Shown: one piece after another, positions 1-9,151 of the stretch | How positions within the stretch are numbered: the stretch's first letter is position 1 | Layout: each line of letters begins with the position of its first letter | Assembly: GCA_011525805.1 (NCBI GenBank) | Contig: WYBR01000059.1 | Span: forward strand, 3,386-67,385 | From: Vicinamibacteraceae bacterium | GTDB taxonomy: Bacteria; Planctomycetota; Phycisphaerae; Phycisphaerales; UBA5793 | Reading direction: 5' to 3' | Length of the DNA: 64,000 nt | Position numbers and translations under genes: made by a program | The notes under the pieces: model-generated | Database searches by the model: none | Seen by the model: the letters and a program-made list of their open reading frames with translations, nothing else | Told to the model about the DNA's origin: nothing

Positions 1-850
1 GATCGGCCCGATCGAGCACGTCAACCCGCCTCACGTCGAACCCCGCCTGAGCGAACATCCCCGCGAGTTCGGACGCGCGGACGCGGTTGCCCTCCCGCCC
101 CTGGCGCCGCGCGAAGAGACGATCGAATCGCTCATCCGGCATGGCGAGGAATTCGAGCGGCCGGTCGGGATCGCAATGTTGTCGGAAGTCGACGAGGTGG
201 ACGCCGACTCCGCCAAGCCGGGTGAGGCGCGCCAGTTGTCGCGCGGCCTGGGACATATCGGAGACGTGTTCGAGCGCCGCATTCGAGACGATCGCGTCGA
301 AGCCTCGCTCCGCTACCGCTTCCTGCATCGACGAAGCGCACGCGAGGTCGGCGGCGATGACGCGGACGACGGCATCCGCGTCGCCGCCTTCGGCGCGGGC
401 GAGGCGCGCGGCGAGAGACCAGTTCAGTTCCGGCCAGCGGCGCTGCGCCGCTTCGACGAAGCGCGGGTAGAACGAGGCGTGGTACTCGCGGCGCCACCGG
501 ACGGGAAAGGCGTCCAGCGCCGCCGTCTCAGCCCCCGCGGCGGCGCAGACGAGCAGCGAGCCGATGGTCAGCCCCGGCCCGATCTCGAGGACGCTCAGGC
601 CGGCAAGATTGGGCCACGGCGAAGTCGCGCGCCCGAGCAGCGCGGCGACGTCGCGCGCGTAACCCATCCCGTTGATGAGCGCCTCCTCCACGTCTTCCTC
701 GATCTGCGCGGCGGAGACGTCGTAATGCGGGTAGTGCTCGTGCAGGTGCGCGAGTCGTCCGCGGCGCACGAGACGCCGCAGCCGCGCTTCGGCCAGAAGG
801 CGGCGCACGCCCAGCGGCAGGGCAGCGCGATAGAGGCGGCGCAGGAGCAT
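1..850 (-). CDS. Class I SAM-dependent methyltransferase (3' end runs off the window edge)
   Basis: Open-ended frame absent from the ORF track. My translation from the ATG at 850: MLLRRLYRAALPLGV...LSVLEIGPGLTIGSLLV (E-x-G-x-G motif I) ...FDAIVSNAALEHV. No stop before position 1. Confidence 0.6.
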   Translation of the reverse strand, partial: MLLRRLYRAALPLGVRRLLAEARLRRLVRRGRLAHLHEHYPHYDVSAAQIEEDVEEALINGMGYARDVAALLGRATSPWPNLAGLSVLEIGPGLTIGSLLVCAAAGAETAALDAFPVRWRREYHASFYPRFVEAAQRRWPELNWSLAARLARAEGGDADAVVRVIAADLACASSMQEAVAERGFDAIVSNAALEHVSDMSQAARQLARLTRLGGVGVHLVDFRQHCDPDRPLEFLAMPDERFDRLFARRQGREGNRVRASELAGMFAQAGFDVRRVDVLDRAD

Positions 851-875
851 GGCTGACGATACCCGCTCCGGTGGT

Positions 876-1961
876 TCACCGCCGCGACTCGAAGTGCTGT
901 TTCATCGCAGCGTTCAAAGCGGCTGCGTCGGGGCAGGGCTGCTGCGCGTCGAGGCGCTTCATCTTCAGCGCGATCGCCCGCGCTTGCTCGAAGGTCTCAT
1001 CGGTGATGAACCCGTCAATCCAGGAGACGGGGCGCAGGTCGCGCACCGGGGCGAGGTAGAGATACCCTTCAGCGGCTTCATCGAGCGAACTGCCCGAGCC
1101 GAGCATCGTGAAGTACATGCAATCGTCGCGGCGCAGGCCAGCCAACGGCGAACCCTTGACGGTGACGCCCACTGGGCCGTGCTGCCCCGCGAGGACCTCT
1201 TCAAGCAGACCGGTGAAGGGCGATGTTTCCCCCGGACCCGGGAAGTTGTGATGCAGCGCCACCTGGAAGATGCGCTCTCCGTACCTGCGCTTGAGCACCG
1301 TCGCGAAGCGCTCACCATGCTTCGTGATGCTGTGCGCATAGCCGACGTGCGCAAGAACCTTTGCGCCTGGCTCCTGGATCGCCGTTTCGAGACTCTCAAC
1401 CATGCACCGTTCGCGCTCCAGCCTGGTTCTGAAGTTCTTTGCTTGATCTGGTTCTTCGAGAAGGGCGAGTTGTTTCCAGTCGCTGTCGAGGCCGACGATC
1501 AGCATCGGCGCGGCGCCGGGCGGTCGATCGGCGTTGCTCCTCCAGATCGCTTCCAGAATGGCGAGGTACTCGCGGTAGCCCCAGAGGGGGTTGGGGCCGC
1601 GGCGCATCAGGTCGATCGCCGCCGCCTCGTCCCACTGCGGCGCCTGCACGAGTGCGTTGGCCTCCGCGCTCAGCCGGCGCGGAACGAACTCGGTCGCGTA
1701 GCGGCGCACCGCCGTGCGGCGCGCCAGATCCACGAGCAGATCGGCGATGAATTCCTCGTTGTCCGCGACCTCGTGAATCTCACCGATGATCACGACGTCG
1801 TGGTCGGCGAAGAGGTCCGCGACGTATTCGCAGGCGGGCCGCGCGCTGCGCCCGACGTATTCCCGCAGCCGGACCATTTCCTCGTCGGGTGACTCCTGCG
1901 CAACCGCGGCCCCGGCAAGAAGCGCACACGCCAGCGCTGTCGTCAGAATCGACTGGCGCAT
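876..1961 (-). CDS. Secreted protein, tentatively ChaN/TIKI/erythromycin-esterase-like
   Basis: ORF 876..1985. The ATG at 1961 gives signal peptide MRQSILTTALACALLAGAAVAQ. The DHDVVIIGEIHE and VLAHVGYAHS motifs resemble that superfamily (from memory, not searched). Confidence 0.6.
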   Translation of the reverse strand: MRQSILTTALACALLAGAAVAQESPDEEMVRLREYVGRSARPACEYVADLFADHDVVIIGEIHEVADNEEFIADLLVDLARRTAVRRYATEFVPRRLSAEANALVQAPQWDEAAAIDLMRRGPNPLWGYREYLAILEAIWRSNADRPPGAAPMLIVGLDSDWKQLALLEEPDQAKNFRTRLERERCMVESLETAIQEPGAKVLAHVGYAHSITKHGERFATVLKRRYGERIFQVALHHNFPGPGETSPFTGLLEEVLAGQHGPVGVTVKGSPLAGLRRDDCMYFTMLGSGSSLDEAAEGYLYLAPVRDLRPVSWIDGFITDETFEQARAIALKMKRLDAQQPCPDAAALNAAMKQHFESRR

Positions 1962-2075
1962 CTTTCTGTCCTCCCCTCTCGGCAAGTCCCGCCTGCTGGA
2001 GGAATTGTCCGCGGCCCGCCTCCGCGCGCCGCCGGGGAATCAACCCTGATCGCCGCACCCGGAACGTGGGTCGAG

Positions 2076-3674
2076 ATGGCGGCTGCGTCGGAAAGGCGCC
2101 TCCTACGATTGGGGGTGCTTGTTCCGGTCGCGCTTTACTCGGTGACGGTGCTGCTCGTGCTGTTGGGCGCGGTGGTGCTGCACGTGGCGGCGTTCCGCGA
2201 CCGGGCCAGGGGCCGGCCGCGCTGCCCTAAGTGCTGGTATGACATGACCGGCAGCCGCGGGTTTGTCTGCCCCGAGTGCGGCCACGACGCCGCGCGGCCG
2301 CGCAACCTCTACCGCACACGCCGGCATGGCGCTCGGGTGCTTCTCGGCGCCCTGCTGATCGTCTCGGGCCTCTCGCTTGGCGCCGTGCCGACGGTGCAGG
2401 AGCAGGGTTGGAGCGCGCTCATCCCCACCAGCGCGCTCATGCTCGTCCTGCCCTGGACCGACAATCCCTGGGTGTTTGAGGAAATCGATGCGCGCGTCTC
2501 GGCGACGAACCCGGAGTGGTTCGCGCGGCGGCGCGGCCGGCACGAAGTCTCGACGATGACGGTCTTTTACGCCCGCCGCTGCGCGACGCTGCTGCGCTCG
2601 CCGCGCGACGCGGACCTGCGCCTCAAGGCCTCGCAGACGCTCTTTGACCTCTGCGTCCGCGACGCCAAGGTCGAAGCGGCGCTCATCGCAGGCACGATCG
2701 ACCGGGAAGCCAAGGTTCGCAGCCAGTCCGTCCTGGCCCTCACGCAGATGGCGGGGAGGAACTCGCTTGTCGATGATTCGGCGTGCGCCATTGCGGTGGC
2801 GCGTTGCCTGAAGGATTCGAGTCCCGTGGTGAGCCAGGCGGCCGGCCGCTTCTTTCGCAGCCTGGACGAGCCGATCGCCTCGGTCGTGCCCGAACTCCTC
2901 GCCGCGCTCGAGGACGAGCGCTGGGAGGTGCGGGCCGAAGCGTGCGCCACGCTGGCGCAGTTCGGCCCGCTGGCTGAGCCGGCCGTGCCGCTGCTCATGC
3001 GGCTGATGGACGAGAGCCCTGATCGCGTGGCGACGTTCGCCATCGTCGCGCTCGGGCGCATCGGACCCGGCGCGGCGCCGGCGATCGAGCCGCTCGCGAT
3101 CGCGGCGCGCCGAGCCGACCGACGCGGGGCCGCGGCTCTCACGGCCCTGACGCGCCTCGGGTCCACCGCCAAACCCGCCGCGGGCACTCTTGTCGCCATG
3201 CTCCTCGACCCCACGCGGGGCAGCGAACAACGCACCGCCGTCGCCGCGGCTCTTCTCACGATCGATCCATACGACCCGGCCATCCTCCGGGCGATCGAAT
3301 CGGCGGCACAGGAAGACATCGAACCGCTGCGACTCCACCTCGCGCGCGAGATGACGCGGGTGCGCGCCGACGAGCCGCAGCAGGTGCGGATCATGCTTGC
3401 GTGCCTGCGGTCGGCCTCCGCCGAGGTGCGGCAGGAAGCGGCGCTGGCGCTCGGGCGACTCGCGCCCCTGCGGGCCGATGAGATCGCCGCACTCGCCGCA
3501 CTCGCGGAGGATTCGGAGTTCATCGGCCGCGAGCAGGCGCAGATCGCGCTGAGCCGCGCCATGGAACTGCCCGGCGCCGGCTCGGACCCCGCGGCCATGA
3601 CGGAGGGCTCCGACGGGCCGCCGCCCGTCGCCGATGCCCCGTCCGGCAAGGACGGCGGCTCGGCCGGCGGCTGA
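2076..3674 (+). CDS. Membrane-anchored HEAT-like repeat protein with N-terminal zinc ribbon
   Basis: 532-aa ORF. TM segment LGVLVPVALYSVTVLLVLLGAVVL, ribbon CPKCWYDMTGSRGFVCPECGH, then repeated helical units (EVRAEACATLAQFGPLAEPAVPLL; AEVRQEAALALGRLAP). Confidence 0.8.
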   Translation: MAAASERRLLRLGVLVPVALYSVTVLLVLLGAVVLHVAAFRDRARGRPRCPKCWYDMTGSRGFVCPECGHDAARPRNLYRTRRHGARVLLGALLIVSGLSLGAVPTVQEQGWSALIPTSALMLVLPWTDNPWVFEEIDARVSATNPEWFARRRGRHEVSTMTVFYARRCATLLRSPRDADLRLKASQTLFDLCVRDAKVEAALIAGTIDREAKVRSQSVLALTQMAGRNSLVDDSACAIAVARCLKDSSPVVSQAAGRFFRSLDEPIASVVPELLAALEDERWEVRAEACATLAQFGPLAEPAVPLLMRLMDESPDRVATFAIVALGRIGPGAAPAIEPLAIAARRADRRGAAALTALTRLGSTAKPAAGTLVAMLLDPTRGSEQRTAVAAALLTIDPYDPAILRAIESAAQEDIEPLRLHLAREMTRVRADEPQQVRIMLACLRSASAEVRQEAALALGRLAPLRADEIAALAALAEDSEFIGREQAQIALSRAMELPGAGSDPAAMTEGSDGPPPVADAPSGKDGGSAGG

Positions 3675-3696
3675 TTCAACCTCGACGGCTCCCACC

Positions 3697-4602
3697 ATGC
3701 CGGAACTTCCAGAAGTTGAAACGCTCCGCCGCTCACTCGTGCCGCGCCTGGTCGGCCGCGTGATCGAGCGCGTCGAAGTGCTCCGTCCGGAGATGGTGCG
3801 ATCGCGGCGTCGCGGTGAGGGGGGCGCTCCCGGAGCCGTTGTGATGCCCCGTCTCCGCGCGATGCTGCTCGTGGGGCGGCGCATCGAGCGGCTGGAGCGC
3901 CACGGCAAGCAACTCGCCATCGTCGCCGAGCGCGGCGGGCCCGTTCTCATCGTCCATCTCGGAATGACCGGGCAACTGCTGTATCTCGCTCGTGGCGAGT
4001 CGGCCGCGCGCGAAGATCACATCCACGTCCGCTGGATCTTCGGCGATGAAGCACAAGGCGCGTCGCTGCTCTTTCGCGACCAGCGCCGCTTCGGCCGCAT
4101 TACGCCGGCGGCGTCGATGGCGGATCTCCTGGCGCAGGAATGGAGCCGCCTCGGCCCCGATGCGCTGCGCGTGCGAGCCGCGGACCTCGCCGCGTCACTC
4201 TCCAGGACGACACGGAGCATCAAGGCCGCGCTGCTGGACCAGGAGATCATCGCCGGTATCGGAAACATCTATGCCGACGAGACCCTGTACCACGCAGGCC
4301 TTCATCCACTCACGCCCGCGCATTCCCTGACGCGACCGCAGGTGCACTCGCTGTCGGCAGCGATCCGGACTGTCCTCAACAGAGCGGTCCGCGCCGGCGG
4401 CACGACGTTGCGCGACTACGTCGACGGCAACGGCCAAGCCGGCAAGCACCGCGCCAACCTGCTCGTCTACGACCGGGCGGGTCTGCCGTGCCCCGTGTGC
4501 GGCAAGCCCCTGATCGCCTCGGTCGTGGCCCAACGGACCACCACATTCTGTCACCAATGCCAGCCTCCCGTCCCGTCCACAATTCGTCCACATCGTGGAT
4601 GA
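3697..4602 (+). CDS. mutM: Formamidopyrimidine-DNA glycosylase
   Basis: The ATG at 3697 gives the canonical N-terminus MPELPEVETLRR. H2TH region present; C-terminal zinc finger CPVCGKPL...TTTFCHQCQ. Confidence 0.93.
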   Translation: MPELPEVETLRRSLVPRLVGRVIERVEVLRPEMVRSRRRGEGGAPGAVVMPRLRAMLLVGRRIERLERHGKQLAIVAERGGPVLIVHLGMTGQLLYLARGESAAREDHIHVRWIFGDEAQGASLLFRDQRRFGRITPAASMADLLAQEWSRLGPDALRVRAADLAASLSRTTRSIKAALLDQEIIAGIGNIYADETLYHAGLHPLTPAHSLTRPQVHSLSAAIRTVLNRAVRAGGTTLRDYVDGNGQAGKHRANLLVYDRAGLPCPVCGKPLIASVVAQRTTTFCHQCQPPVPSTIRPHRG

Positions 4603-5061
4603 AGAGCCGCGCCTGCATGGCCTCCCGGATCCTTCAGCCAAGGCTGGTGCTTCGCACCGGGCAAGGGATAGTGGCGGTAGTTAGGAGTTACGAAAGTCTT
4701 TCTCTTCATCACCGTTAAAGGGCCTGTTGAGATGTGGACATCCGGATTAGATCGACACGTAAAGCGTTGTGGCTCAGCGGGTTACCCGGCTGATCAGCGC
4801 GGGGACAACTTGTCGATTGGGTGACGGGCTCGATCGATGCGGTTCTGTGAGGTCGGGAGGGGCGGTGTTCGGGATGTGAAGGGCAGGTGGATTCCCGCTG
4901 ACAGGGCGCCGCCCCGTGTCGAGAAGCAGCCCGGCTGTCGTCTTTTCCCAACAGGTTGTGCACAAGGACCACAAGCCCGCGGCGGCGATCGTCGCGGGTC
5001 GCCGCGAGCCCTGCTCCACTTGGCGCCGCGTGAATACCCTCTCTGACCGGAGTCTTTCCTC

Positions 5062-5562
5062 ATGGCGCAACCGACTGAAAACTCAGGATATCCCGAACCG
5101 AAGACGATCGAGCAGACCATCTCTCTGTGTCGCCTGCTGGTGGGGTGCTTCGCGCTGGCGCCGGCGGTCCTCGGCGTCATCGTGCTGGCCATGAACGGGG
5201 CCTCGGGGCCGATCGCGGGCGCCAACGCAATGATCGGGCAGATCCTCGGCGGAGTGGCCGCGGTCCTGCTGCTCGTCAACGCGGTGATCGGTGCCGTTCG
5301 CTGGCGGCTGCTCGCCGGCGAGCAAGATCGCGGCGAGGCCCCTTCGCCCGCGCGCCTGACCAGCGCCGTGATCGTGCGCGGAGCGCTGGTCGAAGGGCCG
5401 GCGCTGCTCGGCGCCGTCGCGGCGCTGCTTGGCGGTTCGGCCTACCTCTTCGTCACCCTCGCGGGCTGCGCGCTCCTCGTGATCATGTGGGTGCGGATGC
5501 CCGACGACCTCCGCAACATGGTGGGCGCGCTGGACCGCAACCCCTACCGCTGGGAGCGATGA
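5062..5562 (+). CDS. Hypothetical membrane protein (about 4 TM segments)
   Basis: 166-aa ORF with four hydrophobic stretches (e.g. LLVGCFALAPAVLGVIVLAM; AYLFVTLAGCALLVIMWV). No recognisable family. Confidence 0.55.
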   Translation: MAQPTENSGYPEPKTIEQTISLCRLLVGCFALAPAVLGVIVLAMNGASGPIAGANAMIGQILGGVAAVLLLVNAVIGAVRWRLLAGEQDRGEAPSPARLTSAVIVRGALVEGPALLGAVAALLGGSAYLFVTLAGCALLVIMWVRMPDDLRNMVGALDRNPYRWER

Positions 5563-5568
5563 GCCCCC

Positions 5569-7107
5569 TCACGACGATCGGATCTGAAGATCGCGCTCGA
5601 TCACATCGAGCCGGCGGTCGAACGAGGCGTCGTTGGCGCGCAGCCGGCTGATCTTCTTGACCGCGTGCATCACCGTGGTGTGGTCGCGCCCGCCGAAGAA
5701 CCCGCCGATCTCCTGGAGGCTGTGGTTGCTGTGGCACCGCGCCAGATACATGGCGACCTGCCGCGGCAGGGTGATCGACTTGTGCCGATCCTTTGAGAGC
5801 AGGTCCGTCTGCTTGACCTCGAAGTGGCGCGCGACGGTGGAGATGATCGCCTGCACGCTTACGATCGGCGCCAGAGGCGCGGGGACCTCGCCCAGGGCCT
5901 CGCGCGCCAGTTCCGCGTCGATGGTCCGGCTTGTCGCCATCGAGAGCGCCTGGAGTTGTGTGAGGGCGCCTTCCAGTTCGCGGATGTTCGAGTCGGTGTG
6001 GTGGGCGATGTAGCACAGCACGTCGTCGGGCAGCGAAAGGCCGCGCAACTTCGCCTTGATGCGGAGGATCGCCAGCCGTGTCTCGTAGCAGGGCTTGTCC
6101 ATCCGCGCCACGAGGCCCTGCTTGAAGCGGCTGAGCAGCCGGTCCTCCAGTTTCGGGATCTCGTTTGGGGCCGCGTCTGAACTGAGGACGATCTGCTTGC
6201 CCATCTGCCACAGGCTGTTGAACGTGTGGAAGAACTCCTCCTGCGTCCGATCGTGCGCGGCGAGGAAGTGGATGTCGTCGACGACGAGGACGTCGATGTC
6301 GCGGAACTTGTGGCGGAACTCGAGCATCTGCCCCGCCTGCACCGCCTCCATGAACTGGCTGACGAACCCTTCACAGGAGACGTAGTAGATGCGGCAGCCG
6401 GGCTGGGTCGTCAAGATCGCCTGGCAGATCGCCTGGAGGAGGTGCGTCTTGCCCAGCCCCACCCCGCTGTGAATGAAGAACGGGTTGTACGCCACCCCCG
6501 GCTGCTGCGAGACCGCCACCGCCGCGGCGTGCGCCAGGCGGTTGTTCGGCCCGACGACGTAGGTCTCGAACGAGTAGTCCGGATTGATGACCATCTCGTC
6601 GTAGATGGTCCCCCAGACCGGCCCGCCGTGGCGCACCGGGGCGGGCGGCGCCGCAACCGGCGGCGGCCCCGAGGGCTCCGCCACGGACGACCCCTTTGGG
6701 CGAGGGGGCGCGGCCAGCGCGGCCGACAGCGCCGCCTGGCCATTCACCGCGCCATTGCCGTGCCCGTTGCTGGTGCCGTTGGTCGATGCGCCGGGCGCGG
6801 CCGGAGCGCCCTCGTTCACCGGGGGGTTCGCGGGAATCGTCGTCACCATCGGAAGATCCTCCGTGGAGACGAAGACCACGCTCAGCAGCATCCCCGTCAC
6901 GCTCTGCGCCGCCTCGCGGAACACCTCCATGCACTCGCGCTGCAGGTAGCGCAGATGTACGGGGTTGCACGTGCGCAGCGTGAGCAGTCCGCCGGCGAGG
7001 CCGGCCATTTCGATCGCCTCAAACCACTGCCGGCACCGGGCGGGATGATGCTTCTTGAGGTGCGCAAGGATGCCGTCCCAGATCTTTGGATCGGGGTGAG
7101 TTGCCAT
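5569..7107 (-). CDS. dnaA: Chromosomal replication initiator DnaA
   Basis: ORF 5569..7179. The ATG at 7107 gives MATHPDPKIWDGIL. Walker A GVGLGKTHLL, VVDDIHFL box, C-terminal DNA-binding region ...GGRDHTTVMHAVKKI. Confidence 0.95.
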   Translation of the reverse strand: MATHPDPKIWDGILAHLKKHHPARCRQWFEAIEMAGLAGGLLTLRTCNPVHLRYLQRECMEVFREAAQSVTGMLLSVVFVSTEDLPMVTTIPANPPVNEGAPAAPGASTNGTSNGHGNGAVNGQAALSAALAAPPRPKGSSVAEPSGPPPVAAPPAPVRHGGPVWGTIYDEMVINPDYSFETYVVGPNNRLAHAAAVAVSQQPGVAYNPFFIHSGVGLGKTHLLQAICQAILTTQPGCRIYYVSCEGFVSQFMEAVQAGQMLEFRHKFRDIDVLVVDDIHFLAAHDRTQEEFFHTFNSLWQMGKQIVLSSDAAPNEIPKLEDRLLSRFKQGLVARMDKPCYETRLAILRIKAKLRGLSLPDDVLCYIAHHTDSNIRELEGALTQLQALSMATSRTIDAELAREALGEVPAPLAPIVSVQAIISTVARHFEVKQTDLLSKDRHKSITLPRQVAMYLARCHSNHSLQEIGGFFGGRDHTTVMHAVKKISRLRANDASFDRRLDVIERDLQIRSS

Positions 7108-7295
7108 TGGGGTTTGCTTTCGTCCGTTCGGTTGTTGAGAGTCCAGGAGATCCACCAGTCGAGCGCGAGGCGGCCGCACGCTTGCCCGGCCGTGCCGCGT
7201 TTCGCTTCAACGGCACAAAGGTAATTCTTCGTCCACCGTTTGTCAACCCCGATTCGCGCGAATTGCAGAAACTCTGCGGGACACGCCAACTTTTT

Positions 7296-8213
7296 TCAGG
7301 CCGACGCCTGCTGCTCGGCCTCGGCGCACTGCTGCTCGTAGCGCGCGCGGTTGCCCGGGTGGTCCATGAGCAGATGAACGCGGCCGCTGTGCGCTTCGCC
7401 CAGCCGCTCGTGCAGCATCTTCTTGGCCAGACCGAGGTTGGTGCGCCGCGAGACGTGGGTGAGCACGATCGCCTCGGCCTCGATGCGCTCGCACAACTCC
7501 GCGATATCGTCCGCGTGAACGTGCTTGCCCGTGATCGCCCGCTCCTTGTGCCCAGGCTCGAAAAAAGTGCACTCGATGATCACGATCCGCGCCCGCCGCA
7601 CCGGGTCGGCAAGCAGGTGCGGGCCCGGAAGCGTGTCGCCGATGTACGCGACCTGGGGCACGCGCACCTCGCGCGTGATCTCCACCCCCTCCTGCTTGAG
7701 TTGCCTCAGCCGCTCCTGCGGCTGGCCGATGAACTCGTCGCGCAACTTCGTCCGCCGCTCCACGATCCCCCAGCCCACGCTCGGCACCGTGTGATCGACC
7801 TCGAAGGGGCCGAGGAAGATGTTGTGCTTGATCTCGTGGTGCTCGCCGGGGGCCAACCCCACGATCTCGTGGCTGGTACGCTGCTGCTCCACATCCACCC
7901 ATCCGAGCATCATCGTCCGCAGGGCCGGCTCGATCCGCCGGTCGCACACGCACGTACCCATCCCCATGCCCTGGAACCACCGCTGGCTGAAGTAGTACGG
8001 CAGGCCCGCCACGTGATCCATGTGCCCGTGGCTGATGGCGATGAAGCGCGAGGTGAGCATCGGCTTGAAGCACACGCCGATGTCAAAGCAGACGTCGAAC
8101 TCGGGAACGGTGACGGCCGTCGCCTCGCCCGCGATCGAGTACCCCTCGACGCGGTAGGGCGGGAAATAGAGGAAGCCGAGTTGGCCGAGCCTCGGCGAGG
8201 GCTTGGGCAGCAT
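7296..8213 (-). CDS. MBL-fold metallo-hydrolase, RNase Z/ElaC-like
   Basis: 305-aa ORF starting at an ATG. HGHMDH metal-binding motif and overall beta-lactamase-fold pattern. Confidence 0.8.
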   Translation of the reverse strand: MLPKPSPRLGQLGFLYFPPYRVEGYSIAGEATAVTVPEFDVCFDIGVCFKPMLTSRFIAISHGHMDHVAGLPYYFSQRWFQGMGMGTCVCDRRIEPALRTMMLGWVDVEQQRTSHEIVGLAPGEHHEIKHNIFLGPFEVDHTVPSVGWGIVERRTKLRDEFIGQPQERLRQLKQEGVEITREVRVPQVAYIGDTLPGPHLLADPVRRARIVIIECTFFEPGHKERAITGKHVHADDIAELCERIEAEAIVLTHVSRRTNLGLAKKMLHERLGEAHSGRVHLLMDHPGNRARYEQQCAEAEQQASA

Positions 8214-8313
8214 CGAAAAATCTCCGCACCCGGACTTCCGCCCGGAGAGGATCAGAGGGCAAAGCGGAACGCAAGGGCATCATACCGCCGCAGACGCACG
8301 AGGCGAGGAACGC

Positions 8314-8539
8314 GACCAGCCCGAAGCGCCAGCGAGGAATCGAGCAGCGCAGCGACGAGAAGAACGCGGGGAGATGCAGGATCGAAGGCCGCTCACGCAG
8401 AGGCGCAAAGTGCGCAGAAAAGGATGCGCCTTGGCGAATCTCAGCGCCCTCAGCGCCTCTGCGTGAGGTTGACTTCCGGCTGCGGAATCGAGTTGTCGCT
8501 TCGCGCTCCCTTCCTCGCTGGCGCTTCGGCCCGGTGGTC
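8314..8539. repeat. Inverted-repeat element of the GCCGAAGCGCCAGCGAGGA family
   Basis: Left arm gaccagcccgaagcgccagcgaggaa (8314..8339). The right arm at 8511..8539 reverse-complements to gaccaccgggccgaagcgccagcgaggaa. Lies in the divergent region between 7296..8213(-) and 8639..9151(+). Confidence 0.65.
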
Positions 8540-8638
8540 CGTGCTCGCTCTTCGGGTTCACGGGCGGCGCGCCGGGCCGCCGGTCCGGGTCTCTGGTACA
8601 CTCCTCACGGGCGCGTCGGCGCTCTGCGGGGAGCATCC

Positions 8639-9151
8639 ATGCCTCGGCTGCCGGGTACAGATTCCAGTCCTGCCCGCGTTGTGGGAGTGGTGCTCGCCGC
8701 GACTCCGGCGATGGGGGCCCTGGGCGCTCTGGCGATGCTCGTGGCGATCGTCCGCTACGGTGGCTGGGCCGAGGCGCTGCACGATGATGATCTCCTCCTC
8801 GTTCCGGTCTGCTTCCTCATCGGTTGCGCCGTCGGAATTCTCAGTTTGCCGATCGTGGTCCCGGCGCTGGCGCGGACGGACCTGCGCTTCTCCGTGCCGG
8901 TGGTCTACGGCATCAGCGCGGTGGTGGTGGTCGTGTACGCCCTGTCGAGCCACTCGCCCTTCTACCCCCTGGACTGCGCTGTCCCCGCGTTCATCTCCGT
9001 GTGCGTTGTGAGCGCGCTCTACGGCCTGCTCTACCAGCCCCCGGAGCCACCCGCGTCGCCGGTGTGCCGCGAGTGCGCCTACGACCTCCGCGGCAACACG
9101 AGCGGCGTATGCCCGGAGTGCGGGGCCAGCGTGAACCGAGATCGCGCATGA
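8639..9151 (+). CDS. Membrane protein with C-terminal zinc ribbon
   Basis: In-frame ATG at 8639 within ORF 8534..9151. Four hydrophobic segments. C-terminus CRECAYDLRGNTSGVCPECGASV. Confidence 0.7.
   Translation: MPRLPGTDSSPARVVGVVLAATPAMGALGALAMLVAIVRYGGWAEALHDDDLLLVPVCFLIGCAVGILSLPIVVPALARTDLRFSVPVVYGISAVVVVVYALSSHSPFYPLDCAVPAFISVCVVSALYGLLYQPPEPPASPVCRECAYDLRGNTSGVCPECGASVNRDRA

Noticed and set aside
2103-3950. 615-aa minus-strand ORF, and similar very long ORFs elsewhere (7086..9011 +, 15596..17479 +, 17668..18966 +, 43564..44730 -, 56645..58309 +, 59367..60710 -)
   Set aside because: They lie antisense to or out of frame with genes that have clear family motifs. Their translations are Arg/Pro/Ala/Gly-rich low-complexity strings. 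Stop-codon-poor alternative frames of this kind are expected in GC-rich DNA.
4838-5061. RNase P RNA-like strings on the minus strand (gaggaaagac... and ...cacagaacc...)
   Set aside because: The first string is simply the reverse complement of the ribosome-binding region and ATG of the 5062 gene. The spacing is too short. The other universally conserved RNase P regions (for example GGUAAGGGUGAAA...GUAAGAGCGCACC) are absent.
7108-7295. oriC/DnaA boxes in the dnaA upstream region
   Set aside because: Only 6/9 matches to TTATCCACA (AGATCCACC, TCGTCCACC) and no AT-rich unwinding element. This is not enough to call an origin.
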